A stretch of 64,000 nt of DNA from Octopus bimaculoides. Taxonomy: Eukaryota. The stretch spans positions 43,400,700 to 43,464,699 of the forward strand of contig NC_068984.1 of assembly GCF_001194135.2 (NCBI RefSeq), read 5' to 3'. This document shows positions 1 to 11,826 of the stretch, in pieces. Each line of letters begins with the position of its first letter. Positions within the stretch are counted from its first letter, which is position 1. The position numbers and the translations under genes were made by a program. The notes under the pieces are model-generated. The model made no database searches and had not been told where the DNA came from. It saw nothing but the letters and a program-made list of their open reading frames with translations.

Positions 1-219
1 GCCAGTACCGACTGACTGGCCTTCGTGCTGGTGGCACGTAAAAGCACCCACTACACTCTCTGAGTGGTTGGCGTTAGGAAGGGTATCCAGCTGTAGAAAC
101 TCTGCCAAATCAGATTGGAGCCTGGTGTAGCCATCTGGTTTCACCAGTCCTCAGTCAAATCGTCCAACCCATGCTAGCATGGAAAGCGGACGTTAAACGA
201 CGATGATGATGATGATGAT
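1..219 (+). mobile_element. SINE 3' portion with RTE-type tail ending in (GAT)n
   Basis: GGCGTTAGGAAGGGTATCCAGCTGTAGAAAC ... CAACCCATGCTAGCATGGAAAGCGGACGTTAAACGACGATGATGAT; near-identical copies on the - strand at ~21625-21755 and ~52700-52830. Confidence 0.85.
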
Positions 220-526
220 NNNNNNNNNNNNNNNNNNNNNNNNNNNNNNNNNNNNNNNNNNNNNNNNNNNNNNNNNNNNNNNNNNNNNNNNNNNNNNNNN
301 NNNNNNNNNNNNNNNNNNNNNNNNNNNNNNNNNNNNNNNNNNNNNNNNNNNNNNNNNNNNNNNNNNNNNNNNNNNNNNNNNNNNNNNNNNNNNNNNNNTA
401 TATATATATATATAAAGCATTGAAAACATGCAGTGAAGCATCAGGAATAAAAAGAAGTGTATCTTATGGTTCATCTTAGTATTTAATTAAGTAGTATGAA
501 CTAATACAGCTAAGGAATTCCTTAAT

Positions 527-900
527 TTGATAGATTACCATTTTCTGCTGAGGTATAAATATAGCAAGATATTAAATTGCAACTGTATTAAGGTTACATA
601 TTCAGGGAGTAAAAAGTTTGGTTATTATATCAGAGGTATAAATGCTGCAAGTCTGAATGAAACAGATAGAGGAATAGCTGATGCACACCAATCATGCAAC
701 TTCAGTATTCATGAGAATTGCCTGCTTGATGGTAACTGTATGGCATTATTGATTGTATACAACATTAAAGTAGAAACAACAACAGAGACAAATCTCAAGT
801 AACTGAATTTGCATTAAAAAATCGATTTTATAGGGACAAACATCCATTTGTTGGTCCTGAACAAAAATGTGCTATGGCTTTGTTGAAATTGATATGGTTC
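527..900 (+). mobile_element. Penelope-like element remnant (RT-linker / GIY-YIG endonuclease region)
   Basis: ORF 527-802 reads LNCNCIKVTYSG...SCNFSIHENCLLDGNCMALLIVYNIKVETT, matching the recalled PLE pattern FNRNTIKVSYSC...CNCRxKxxCPLDGxCLxxxIVYxAxV; decayed. Confidence 0.7.
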
Positions 901-1610
901 TTATATGTAGCAAGTCTTCAAGAATTCAATTATCTGGTCAATTGTAGATAAGGTGCAAGCAGTTGGGAACGGTAGGTTCAAAGCAAAAATGTGGTGTGAC
1001 CTTTGATCAAAAAATCAAGAATTTTGTTTCAAGGAAGTAATGGTTTGAACAAAAGAACAGAATTATTAGCACCTTGTATGCATGAAGTTAAAAGCATCTT
1101 CTGTGTAAGTATCAGCCTTCTAGAATTCTGACTTGGTTCAGAGAAAAAGCATTGATTTTGAAGTGTTTTTGGAAAATTGTTTTTAAAAAAATTTCTTAAA
1201 CAACAACAGAATTTTATTAGAGAACAGTTCTTAAAGTGACCTTCTTTGTTTGATGTTTAAATTCCAAATGCAATGCTAAGTAAAGGAAAAAGAAAAAAAG
1301 ACATTTGGTGTATTCCCACAAGAGCCATAAATGAAATGTAAAATGTAAAATTATATAAGTCTTGCATAATTTAAAAAACGTTTTCTTGATAGCTTTCATA
1401 TAATATTTCAAAATACATTCAAATATCAGATAATTTAAGTGAAAACAGTCTCAGATTACCAACTGAATGGGTGGAAATATGAAACTCAGAGAACTGGCAA
1501 TTTACAGCTTTTCAGTTGTAACATATTAAAGAATATATTGTTTACATATTGAGTTCTGTAATTTATCGCTTCTTGGGAAATCACCAGAAAATTTATGTAT
1601 ATATATATAC

Positions 1611-1644
<34 letters not shown>

Positions 1645-1646
1645 AC

Positions 1647-1689
<43 letters not shown>

Positions 1690-1712
1690 NNNNNNNNNNN
1701 NNNNNNNNNNNN

Positions 1713-1768
<56 letters not shown>

Positions 1769-1884
1769 TATATACATACATACATACATTTACATACATA
1801 CATGCATACATACACACACACACACACACACATCTATATATATCTTCACAGTGATGAAAAAAGTATGCATATATATATGTATAT

Positions 1885-2760
1885 ATCATCCTCATCATCA
1901 TCGTCATCATCATCATAATCATTTAACGTCCATTTTCCATGCTAGCATGGGTTGGATGGTTTGACAGGAGCTGAATGACTGAAGGGCTGTTCAGGCTCCA
2001 TGTCTGCTTTGACATGGTTTCTACAGCTGGATGCCTGTCTTAACACCAACCACTTTACAGAGTATACCGGGTGCTTTTTACATGACACTAGCCTGCAAGG
2101 TTAGGGATACTCAGCTGGAGAGAGTTGCAGAAGATGAACCTGTATGCAAGAGCAACCATACTTTTGCTTAGCTTGACGTGTTTTTTTTCAAGCACAGCAA
2201 ACTGCCACGAGTCTCAATTCCCTGTCATCCTCTTTGTGAGTCCCAATGTCTGCAGATCCTTTCTCTTCACTTTGTCCCACATCTTGGGTCTACCCCTTCC
2301 ACATGTTCCATTTACAATTAGAAACGGTCACCTCTTGATGCAACTGTCTTCATTCATATGCATTACATGGCCATACCAGTGCAGTCTTCTCTCTTGCACA
2401 CTACGTCAGATACTATGTATACCCAGTTTTTCTCTCGAAATCACTTACACTCTGTCATAATGCACACTGACATTACCAATCCAGTGAAGCATACTGGTTT
2501 CATTTCTTTCAAGTCTTTGCATGTCTTCAGTAGTCACAGCCCATATCTCACTGTCACATAGCTTAGCTGTTTGTACACAGACATTGTACAATCTGCCTTT
2601 CATTACCAACAGAGGTATTAGCTCTCTGAACTTTTCCCAGCCTATTCTTATTCTAGCAGCTATGCTTTCAGAACAACCACCCACACTGCTAACATGGTCA
2701 TCTAAGTAACAAAAACTGTCTACTACTTCTAGGGATCCCCTCTGACATATGAGGAAGTCT
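1885..2760 (-). mobile_element. RTE-clade LINE, 3' part (C-terminal ORF region, 3' UTR and (GAT)n tail)
   Basis: Minus-strand translation GGCSESIAARIRIGWEKFRELIPLL...RLERNETSMLHWIGNVSV is typical of the RTE C-terminus; tail CATCATCATAATCATTTAACGTCCATTTTCCATGCTAGCATGGGTTGG at ~1900-1950. Confidence 0.85.
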
Positions 2761-2780
2761 ATGTTTGTACGTTGGTTTGT

Positions 2781-2912
2781 ACATGGTTCTGAGTTCAGTC
2801 CTACTGTGTAGCACCTAGGGCAAGTGCCTTCTACTATAGCCTTGGGCCGACCAAAGCCTTGTGAGTGGATTTGATAGATGGAAACTGAAAGAAGCCCGAC
2901 GCATATATATAT
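2781..2912 (+). mobile_element. tRNA-derived SINE (5'-truncated)
   Basis: B-box-like GAGTTCAGTCC followed by GGGCAAGTGCCTTCTACTATAGCC...GAAAGAAGCCCG and a (TA)n tail; same family as 63771-63930. Confidence 0.8.
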
Positions 2913-2932
2913 CTGTTAAAGATTGTCATACC

Positions 2933-2972
2933 GGCCATGACGAAGGGAAATAGCCCTGAAACTCGAGTCGCC
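2933..2972 (+). ncRNA. Minimal type-I hammerhead ribozyme-like motif with a 1-nt core lesion
   Basis: GGC-C(A)TGACGA-AGGG-AAATAG-CCCT-GAAA-C-TCGA-G-TC-GCC: catalytic core, 4-bp stem II, palindromic 1-bp stem III, GUC triplet, 3-bp stem I. Confidence 0.65.
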
Positions 2973-3215
2973 TTTATATATATATATTTATATTTATATA
3001 TTTATATATTTGATCCTTTATATTGAACACTCAATATTTCATCTACATTCAATACTTTATTTCATGGTGCCATCCATTTTTATTTTATTTTATATTATAT
3101 ATTGTATATTATATTATATATTGTATATTCCATATTCTATACCCCACATTAGTTCTGCAGGAATATAAATAAAACATAAAAAACAGACAGTGTTGGAACT
3201 CTTTTAAGCAAAATA

Positions 3216-3283
<68 letters not shown>

Positions 3284-3284
3284 G

Positions 3285-3485
3285 TGTTTTGTCCCCCTTC
3301 CACTACATGACAACCAGTGTTGGTGTGTTTATGTCCCCATAACTTAGTGGTTAGGCAAAAGGAATCAATAGAATAAGTACCAGGCTTTAAAAAGAAGTAC
3401 TGGGGTTGATACATTCAACTATAAATTCCTCACGGTGATGACCCAGCATGACCACAGTCTAATGACTAAACCAAGTGAAAGATAA
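3285..3485 (-). mobile_element. SINE fragment (second family)
   Basis: TGTCCCCATAACTTAGTGGTTAGGCAAAAGGAATCAATAGAATAAGTACCAGGC...GACCCAGCATGACCACAGTCTAATGACTAAA; related copies at ~7690-7890, ~8075-8215, ~55200-55280. Confidence 0.7.
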
Positions 3486-3594
3486 AATACAAAAGATATA
3501 TACATATATACATATATACATATATACATATATACATACACTATCCTTCATCACTAACACCAATTTTAATGTAAGGTTCATGATACTTGTGGGG

Positions 3595-3960
3595 TTGGGG
3601 GTGACCTTTCAGTATATAGGTGTTCTCATGGATATTTGTTCTTAAACCCTTTTTTTATTGCCTTTAAGATTACAATGAGCAGGAGGTGGCTGATGACTGA
3701 GCCTTGAAAGACTTACCAGCATGATAAATTCATCTCTCAATTCATTGCTGACTCTTATTTTGTTAACTGCAACTCTGTCTATAACTCACACAGCACTCAA
3801 AGGCCATTCATCAACACCTAGTTTCCTTAGCAACTACTAGATTAAAGAGTAAGGCATGTTGTCAAAGGACTTCTTCAAGCCAATGACTGCTAGATATAGT
3901 GGCTCCTGACACTGAAAGTTTTAATTTAAATCTGAAGACTTCAATGATGAGATTTGTGTT
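3595..3960 (-). mobile_element. RTE-clade LINE reverse transcriptase fragment (likely the same insertion as 1885-2760)
   Basis: Minus translation LYLAVIGLKKSFDNMPYSLI..LRKLGVDEW and QGSVISHLLLIVILKAIKKGFKNKYP*EHLY, corresponding to RT motifs DLEKAFD, QGSVLSP and YADD with stops. Confidence 0.75.
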
Positions 3961-4584
3961 AGAAACCACAAGTAAGATAGACTGATATCAAAAGGGTTAA
4001 AATTGAACTTAACACAAAATGGTACAATTTCAGCCTAAAACCTTTGAAATACTAGATTGTAGATGTTTGCATTTAATTATCTCAGATTTAATTATCTCAC
4101 ATTTAATTATCAAACAGTAATTCTACTTACTGTTGATCAGGAAGTGTTTTGACTATGTTCCTAAACTTACCCATTAGTGTCTCATATTTAAGATATGCCA
4201 AAGACTGTCTTTAAGCCTCAAAGCAAAATTCTTGTTCTCCAAAGCAACTAATCATTTCTTTATCATACTAACAATTATGTTTCTGTCTGGCTTCAGTGAT
4301 TACTTTACATATAATTTGTACAGCATTTTACTTCATCTTTAAATCAATAAATGGTGAATACTATTGGATATGAAGCAAGCACTTAGTCAGCTAAGCCTGT
4401 ATGATACATACATACATACATGCATACAAACATACATACACACACACACACACANNNNNNNNNNNNNNNNNNNNNNNNNNNNNNNNNNNNNNNNNNNNNN
4501 NNNNNNNNNNNNNNNNNNNNNNNNNNNNNNNNNNNNNNNNNNNNNNNNNNNNNNNNNNNTATATATATATATATATATATATGC

Positions 4585-4617
<33 letters not shown>

Positions 4618-4775
4618 TGTATATATACACACGTATACATACATACATACATGCATACAAACATACATACACACACACACACACACAAATTCTACATTTG
4701 TATCGACTTATTTATTCAGACAATGTTCATTATTTTTATGCATATAAAATCACTTATTTTGAGCCTACAAATATA

Positions 4776-4828
<53 letters not shown>

Positions 4829-4859
4829 GTGTGTATGAGTTCAGTGTATGTCATTACAG

Positions 4860-5330
4860 GAAAGAAGTTTACCCATCTATATTGAAAGAGCTGCTGGGAA
4901 AGGCACTTACTTTTGCAAGGGGCTTCACTGACATAAGTGATAGAGACATTGATGTAGTTATGCATACCATAAAAACACTGCTGTTTAATAAAGGCTTGAC
5001 CTAGATGGCACAAACTGACCCAGTGGGCTCTTTTGATGTAGTGATGGAAGCCTGCGACAGGGTGAGCATCTGTGAACTTATAGAACTGTATATTTCAAAC
5101 AATTTAAAGAAGAGGTTTCCATCAGTTCTCTTTGGTCTCTACAGAGATGATGCTCTGGCCATCTCTAGGGGAGCTAACAGGCATACCCTTGATAAGCTTA
5201 GGAAGGATCTAATTAGTGCCCTTAGCTCCATGGGGCTCAAGATAACAATCAAGACCAACCTCACTTTTTTAGATGTTACGTTAGACTTGAGATCCTGTTC
5301 TTACAAACCCTACCACAAACCAAACAAGAG
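4860..5330 (+). mobile_element. Penelope-like reverse transcriptase fragment
   Basis: VYPSILKELLGKALTFA...SFDVVMEACDRVSICELIELYI...GLYRDDALAI...TFLDVTLDL...YKPYHKPN; GLYRDD catalytic motif; stop and frame break near 5000. Confidence 0.85.
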
Positions 5331-5446
5331 GTTGTCACACATGGTGAAAGGAGTCTCACCCATAAGGGGCAGTAGCAGGATGGGTTGAAATTGCCATTGT
5401 ACCAAATGAAGATTAATATCAAACCCATCTTCTGGTTACTTAAGAA

Positions 5447-5498
<52 letters not shown>

Positions 5499-6499
5499 CA
5501 TATACATACACACACACACACACACACACANNNNNNNNNNNNNNNNNNNNNNNNNNNNNNNNNNNNNNNNNNNNNNNNNNNNNNNNNNNNNNNNNNNNNN
5601 NNNNNNNNNNNNNNNNNNNNNNNNNNNNNNNNNNNNNNNNNNNNNNNNNNNNNNNNNNNNNNNNNNNNNNNNNNNNNNNNNNNNNNNNNNNNNNNNNNNN
5701 NNNNNNNNNNNNNNNNNNNNNNNNNNNNNNNNNNNNNNNNNNNNNNNNNNNNNNNNNNNNNNNNNNNNNNNNNNNNNNNNNNNNNNNNNNNNNNNNNNNN
5801 NNNNNNNNNNNNNNNNNNNNNNNNNNNNNNNNNNNNNNNNNNNNNNNNNNNNNNNNNNNNNNNNNNNNNNNNNNNNNNNNNNNNNNNNNNNNNNNNNNNN
5901 NNNNNNNNNNNNNNNNNNNNNNNNNNNNNNNNNNNNNNNNNNNNNNNNNNNNNNNNNNNNNNNNNNNNNNNNNNNNNNNNNNNNNNNNNNNNNNNNNNNN
6001 NNNNNNNNNNNNNNNNNNNNNNNNNNNNNNNNNNNNNNNNNNNNNNNNNNNNNNNNNNNNNNNNNNNNNNNNNNNNNNNNNNNNNNNNNNNNNNNNNNNN
6101 NNNNNNNNNNNNNNNNNNNNNNNNNNNNNNNNNNNNNNNNNNNNNNNNNNNNNNNNNNNNNNNNNNNNNNNNNNNNNNNNNNNNNNNNNNNNNNNNNNNN
6201 NNNNNNNNNNNNNNNNNNNNNNNNNNNNNNNNNNNNNNNNNNNNNNNNNNNNNNNNNNNNNNNNNNNNNNNNNNNNNNNNNNNNNNNNNATGATATATGA
6301 GCATATGCGTGTATACATACATATATGTACATACCTACATCTATATGTATATACAGATGCATATCCAGGTACAGGACATCAAAAAAGGAACAGGAATATA
6401 CACAAAGCACAAAAAACGTACTTTTTTTTACGGACAACAGAATGAACACAAGAAAACAGACGAGCCACTTATGGAACTTTTCCTTCATCAGCTGCCTCT

Positions 6500-7075
6500 A
6501 TTCTAAACTAGGCGTTGATGGACTCTCCTGTTGAAGATGACATATGAGTGTTCAGCTTTTGCCAAATGACCTGCACAAATGATTTGTTTATAATGATCAA
6601 GTGTGCTGTACGTACTGTACATTAGCTCTCTCTCTCCCTCCATCAAATCAATGTTGCCTAAACAGGTGCATGGTGTACCATATGTCAGCTTTGAAGTGAT
6701 CACAGAGCAATGTGAGATGAAGACAAGATCATACTGGCTCCTTGCACAACTCTGTGGCTTACCAGTTCCAGTCAAACTGTCTAATCCATGCCAACATGGA
6801 AAGCAGATGCTAAATAGTAATATATATATATATGACAAGTGATCATGACTTTTGGCGATTTGCTGTGCTTGAGAAGACTCATCAAGCCACATGAAACCGT
6901 ATTTGTGGCTGGTGCTGGTGACTTGTAACAGCATTTGTGGTGGTGATGTGTAATATCACCAGTGTCAGTGACACATAAAAGCATCCATGCCAGTGACATA
7001 TAAAAGGCTCCCACTACACTCTCAAAGTGGATGGAGTTAGGAAGGGCATCTGACCATAAAAACCATGCCAAAACA
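6500..7075 (+). mobile_element. Two adjacent SINE fragments with RTE-type tail or conserved core
   Basis: GTCAAACTGTCTAATCCATGCCAACATGGAAAGCAGATG tail at ~6770-6810; CCCACTACACTCTC...GTTAGGAAGGGCATCTGACCATAAAAACC core at ~7010-7070. Confidence 0.6.
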
Positions 7076-7089
7076 AATCTTTTCTCTAA

Positions 7090-7500
7090 GAGTGAAGGAC
7101 AGATTGTATGATGTTTGTGTCAGGACTACAGTTGTACATGGTAGTGAGACAAGGGTCTGGAAAGCAAGAGGATTTGAGAAGACTGGAAAGAAATGAAGCA
7201 ACCATTCTCCATTGGATGTGCAATGTGAGTGTGCATGAAAGAATTAGTACAAAGATGGTGAATGCAAAACTGAATATAAGAGTAATTAGCTGTTGAGCTC
7301 AATAAAGAAGACTGCACTGGTATGGACATGTGATGCATCTGGATGAGGAGAGCCATATAAAGAAGTTCCATTCACTTAATGTGGCTGGAACTTGTGGAGG
7401 AGGGAAACTCAGGAAGACATGGGATGAAGTGGTGAAGTCTGACCACAAGATCCTGAGCCTGATGAAGGAGATGACAAAGGATAGGGATCTCTGGTGAATT
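7090..7500 (+). mobile_element. RTE-clade LINE C-terminal fragment
   Basis: EDLRRLERNEATILHWMCNVSVHER...RRLHWYGHVMHLDEESHIKK...GKLRKTWDEVVKSDHKILSLMKEMTKDRDLW. Confidence 0.85.
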
Positions 7501-7689
7501 GAGGTCCTCAAAAAGACTTGATCTCCTGGAAATATTATGTCTTGGGTTATCCAACCCTTACAGTGACTCTCACTTCACCTCATACATTATTATGCCTTCT
7601 TCTTCCACTCCCCAACAGCTGTTACAGACTGCCCAGTCATGTCATACCTCTCTCTTGTCCTTCCCCTGTGTCTTTCCATCTGCTTGACA

Positions 7690-7890
7690 ATCAGTGATGG
7701 TTTTTTTCATGTCCCTGCAACTTGGCAGTTCAGCAAAAGAGTCCAAAAGAATAAGCAGTAGACTTTAAAAAAAAACAAAAAAACATGTACTTGTGTTGAT
7801 TTGTTCAACACCAGTACATATTGCTAGGGCATTGCCTTGAAATCTTTCAAGGTAGTGCTCCAGCATGGTTGCAGTCCAATGACTGAAACA
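7690..7890 (+). mobile_element. SINE fragment (second family)
   Basis: CTTGGCAGTTCAGCAAAAGAGTCCAAAAGAATAAGCAGTAGAC...GGTAGTGCTCCAGCATGGTTGCAGTCCAATGACTGAAAC; homologous to 3285-3485. Confidence 0.65.
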
Positions 7891-8219
7891 TTAAAAAAAT
7901 ATATAAATAAACAAATAAATAAATAAATAAGACCACAAGTATGTAGCTTACGTGCTTATTTGGAGTGCTTGCAGACACAGGTACATACACATAAAGTGTA
8001 GCTGATACTGTCAAAAAATGACTAACAATGGAAACGTTCCATAACACACTTCAGTTATTTATAAAAAATGTTTTTTTACTGGTTTCAGTTATTGGACTAT
8101 GGCCATGTTTGGGCACTACCTGCATTCTAGAGTATAGTCGATTACTTAAGTTCCAGTATTTATTTTAGTGATCTTAGAGGTGTGAAAGGCAAAGTGTGTC
8201 TGGTAGAGATTTAGATTCT

Positions 8220-8850
8220 TTATTTTATAAATTTTGCCATAAAGGCATTACATAGAGGGGACAAACAAAGACAAACAGACATAAAGAAGCTGCAGGCTGG
8301 ACACAGACATTAATGAATGAAATGAATACAAAAAGATGAGCAAAAAATGGGAGAGTCACTGGTGCCCACCGACCGATAACCCCTCAAAAACCTTGTTCAA
8401 TACAAATCATCATTACAACAAAATCAAATCAAATCAAATTCTATAGTCCTCTACATCTGAGCCCCCAAGCAAGAATCCTGCTGCCTGTAGGAAAGCCCGC
8501 ATTGGCTGGCTCGACTTCATGGGGACGAAGTCCTTCTTGTCGTAAATCCTTTCAATTTCATTTCCTTCACTGACATATGTGATCTCTGCACACACCTGTG
8601 GAGGCTAGCTTGGATGGTCTATATCGGTCGAATCGTAATATTGTCGATCCAAACACGTATCCAAATAAAGCTTAATGGGGCCTCCCTTGAGGTAACAGAG
8701 GATAATCTCTGCTTCCTAGTCACCGGGAGGGACCGTGGCCTACTCTGCCAGTGGTACAGTTCCCACTGGCAGAGCCTCCCGCTCCAGTGGCACACTAACT
8801 ACCGGAGGGGCCTCAGGTTCGACCGGCGGCACAGTGAGATCCGGCGTCTG
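8220..8850 (-). mobile_element. GC/CpG-rich retroelement fragment, possibly L1/Tx1-like
   Basis: Abrupt GC- and CpG-rich island; minus frame EIERIYDKKDFVPMKSSQPMRAFLQAAGFLLGGSDVEDYRI* (stop at 8434) followed by an A-rich end; family assignment is inference only. Confidence 0.4.
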
Positions 8851-9155
8851 TCTCCTGTTTCTTTTTTTTTGGGATTCTTAATATAAATGGATGTTACTAA
8901 ATACCTCTAGGTATTTTTTTTTTACCTATGCTCTATCTCTTTTGATGATCAGGCATAAATGAGCTGATGAGAGAGCTTCTATGTGATTGTTTGGTTTTCT
9001 AGAAATAACTGTTAAATCTCTCTGAAGTTAGATCCTGCCATCTGTAAGAAAATAAGGACATGTACAAGTATGTGCCGGGTTTCCTGCATGTAGGAAAAAA
9101 AAAATCACAGATGGTTAGCTTTGATTGTATGTCTGCCCTATTGATGCTAATCCTC

Positions 9156-9227
9156 AACAACAACAACAACAACAGCAGCAGCAGCAACAACAACAACAAC
9201 AGCAACAACAACAACAGCAGCAGCAGC

Positions 9228-9262
<35 letters not shown>

Positions 9263-9263
9263 C
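9156..9263 (+). repeat. (CAA)n/(CAG)n compound trinucleotide microsatellite
   Basis: Direct inspection. Confidence 0.95.
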
Positions 9264-9994
9264 TGTGTGTAATATTGATGCAAAAAGAAAACAAGTCAAT
9301 TTTCTTGGAAAGAATTAGTGAATTTTATTTAGAAACCAGTGCGTCTATATCATTTGAGAAGCAATAGAAACATAAAACTGGGGATTTTTGAAGAGGAAAC
9401 TAATTTATAAATTGTGGTTAGGTTTAGAGTTGTCAACAATATAATAATAGTAAAAACAAACAAACAAACAAACAAACAAACAAGGGTTTGCAAGAATGCA
9501 TAGGGTGAGGATTTTGGGGAACAATGGCATGGTTAACTCGAGTTAAATCATGTTAGGCTGGATCTGCACAAGGATGCATGAGTGGGAATTAAAAAAAAAA
9601 TTAAAAAGAAAAACAAAATATAACAAAAACAAACAAACAAACATTAGACAGATAAACAGACAAACAAGTGAACAGATTGATAGGAAGAATTTGAAATGGG
9701 TAGAGAGAGATTAAGGGGGCAGGAAGGGACAAGGGTTAGGGTTAGGGTTAGTGAAGTTTTTTGAGATGGTGATGAGAGCAATGTTGATGACAAGCCTGAG
9801 AAGTTAAGCAGCAGTAGCAGTGAAAGATAAATATGAAAGAAGTTTGGAAGGGTCCCCCCTAGAAAAGAAAAAAAAGCTGATGGGATGGGAGTCTTAAAGA
9901 ATTATAATTTACCTGTCAGTTCCAGAGACAAGTAGTGGTGGAGGTGGTGGTAGATTGTAAAGGTTTGGAGGTCCAGTTTTTGAATTTCAATGAT

Positions 9995-10440
9995 AGCAAA
10001 ACAATTTTTTAAAAATACAGAATTGCTTAAAGAACTTGAAAGTTTCCGGAAGAAAATCTCCAAGAATCCAAGAAAAATATAAGGAAAGAAACAAAACTGA
10101 AATTGTAGAATTTTTTTTTTACTGAATATTATTTTTTAAAAATTTGACAGATAATTTCAAATAATTATAACAAGAATAATGATGTTGATAACAGTAATAA
10201 TGATGATATTTCATTGACAACTATACAATTTCAAAAATATTCTTCTGATGATACAGAATTGTTTATAGAACTTGGAGTTGCCAGGAAAATTTTTTCCATG
10301 AATCCAAGTTTTGTAAAAAAAAAAAACAATTAAAAGAAAAAAGAGAAAAACTTAACTGTAGGATGTTTTTAATTGAATGATATATTAAAAAAAAAATTGA
10401 CAGATAATTTCAAACAGTTATAACAATAATGATGTTTATG
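9995..10440 (+). repeat. Diverged ~240-bp direct duplication
   Basis: ATACAGAATTG..AGAACTTG...GAATCCAAG...TTGACAGATAATTTCAAA...TATAACAA..ATGATGTT occurs at ~10015-10190 and ~10250-10437. Confidence 0.75.
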
Positions 10441-11098
10441 GGGAAGATGGTGATGATCTCATAGAATTCCTTGTATGAACGAATATATATAAATTTCTAG
10501 CTATGCTAACTGATTTGGGAGGTCGTGAAACTCTAGGAATATGAGCAGTGGATGGATAGATGGGTGGGTGATAGAGGAACAAAAAAGGGCTGGTGAAGAA
10601 GGAGGGTTTGTTTCCAACAAGTAGCTGAAATGACTTGCAAGACAGTCTTTTAGCTGTTGCAATCTTCCAGTTGACAAAGATTGTCAGTGGCATTCACACC
10701 CATAAAGAAGTAGAAGTGGAAGATTGTAGATGGAAATGGTGAAAAGTAAGGGAGCAATAAGGAGAGGATGAGTGAGAGGGAGAGAGAAATAGAGGATAAG
10801 GGAAAGAGACAGGGGGAAGTCAGGAGGATGGGAAGGGAAAGTAGAAGAAAGGAAGGAAGGAAGGAAGTGCAGTGGTGCAGCAGAGGGGAGCTAGGAGGTG
10901 GTAGTGGTAGTAGGGAATCTGTAAGGTAACAACCACAAGGCATAGCAGGCAGAAGGTTGGGGATGGAGGAAGAAAAATAAAAAAAACAAGCTTTTCAAAC
11001 ATAAAATATATATATTATATAATATATATATGTATACACACACACATGCACACACACATACATACAGATATATATATATATATATACATATACAAATG

Positions 11099-11140
<42 letters not shown>

Positions 11141-11709
11141 CACACACACATATATGAACAAACAGATAGACAAACAAATCAACCGGATTTATCTTTTTAA
11201 TGATTCGGTAATTATCTGAAATAAGATTTTGGGATTTGGGTTTCATGGGTTAGGCAGCCATCTTTAGATTGGNNNNNNNNNNNNNNNNNNNNNNNNNNNN
11301 NNNNNNNNNNNNNNNNNNNNNNNNNNNNNNNNNNNNNNNNNNNNNNNNNNNNNNNNNNNNNNNNNNNNNNNNNNNNNNNNNNNNNNNNNNNNNNNNNNNN
11401 NNNNNNNNNNNNNNNNNNNNNNNNNNNNNNNNNNNNNNNNNNNNNNNNNNNNNNNNNNNNNNNNNNNNNNNNNNNNNNNNNNNNNNNNNNNNNNNNNNNN
11501 NNNNNNNNNNNNNNNNNNNNNNNNNNNNNNNNNNNNNNNNNNNNNAAAAAAAACAAAAAAAATTTGTAAATATAAACAATACTCAATATTTCGTTTAATG
11601 ATGCATGGAGAGTTTGTATATTTATATTCAATAAACTCTATCACTGGCCCTCAACCTATCTGGTTGGCCTCTTTACATCCCTCTAAATAACATTTGCCAG
11701 GATAGAAAA

Positions 11710-11754
11710 ATAATAATGATTGTAGTAATAATAATAATAATAATAATAATAATG

Positions 11755-11815
<61 letters not shown>

Positions 11816-11826
11816 TAATAATAATA
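11710..11826 (+). repeat. (AAT)n microsatellite
   Basis: Direct inspection. Confidence 0.95.

Noticed and set aside
9125-9367. Poly-Q ORF
   Set aside because: A (CAA/CAG)n tract with no protein-like flanks or convincing splice sites.
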